From Podarcis tiliguerta (taxonomy: Eukaryota), in NCBI GenBank assembly GCA_965153285.1, contig OZ229117.1: DNA of 64,000 bases; one strand, given 5' to 3'. The position numbers were made by a program, and so were the translations under genes. Position 1 is the first letter of the stretch, and each line of letters starts with the position of its first letter. The notes under the pieces are model-generated. The model was not told where the DNA came from, made no database searches, and was given only the letters and a program-made list of their open reading frames with translations. Shown here piece after piece: positions 63,926 to 64,000 of this stretch.

Positions 63926-64000
63926 TATTTTTAATAATTACTTTAAAATAATTATTTTAAAACAATTGGCTGATAAAGGTACATGGAAACTTTGGGCTGC

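Noticed and set aside
1-64000. CRISPR array, operon, phage/defence system or endogenous virus
   Set aside because: Eukaryotic intron-exon DNA; no regularly spaced repeats, LTR pairs or viral-like ORFs seen

Overview
Vertebrate genomic DNA from a squamate reptile, probably a lacertid lizard judging by a Sauria-type SINE and the L2/CR1/MITE families. The window is the HYDIN-VAC14 locus, both genes on the minus strand. It holds the last five coding exons of HYDIN (63353 to stop at 56863, poly(A) signal ~56385), a gap of ~1.9 kb, the VAC14 CpG-island promoter, and VAC14 exons 1-14 (54343 to 17936; 1667 coding nt, ~555 aa). I found no VAC14 exon 15 or later, so the rest of the gene probably lies left of base 1. 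All exon boundaries were read directly from the sequence and join in frame. There is no prokaryotic-type system or CRISPR array, and I cannot support an unambiguously new gene. The best leads are: a U12 (minor spliceosome) intron 8 and a GC-AG intron 11 in VAC14; an inverted pair of CLEAR/E-box sites plus a YY1 motif that doubles as a strong-Kozak uORF in the promoter; a near-perfect RFX X-box in a CpG-enriched patch of intron 12; L2-derived poly(A) signals placed where they could truncate VAC14 or back up HYDIN termination; a candidate spliced antisense transcript in intron 14; and several enhancer-like non-coding blocks between two convergent CTCF-like motifs.
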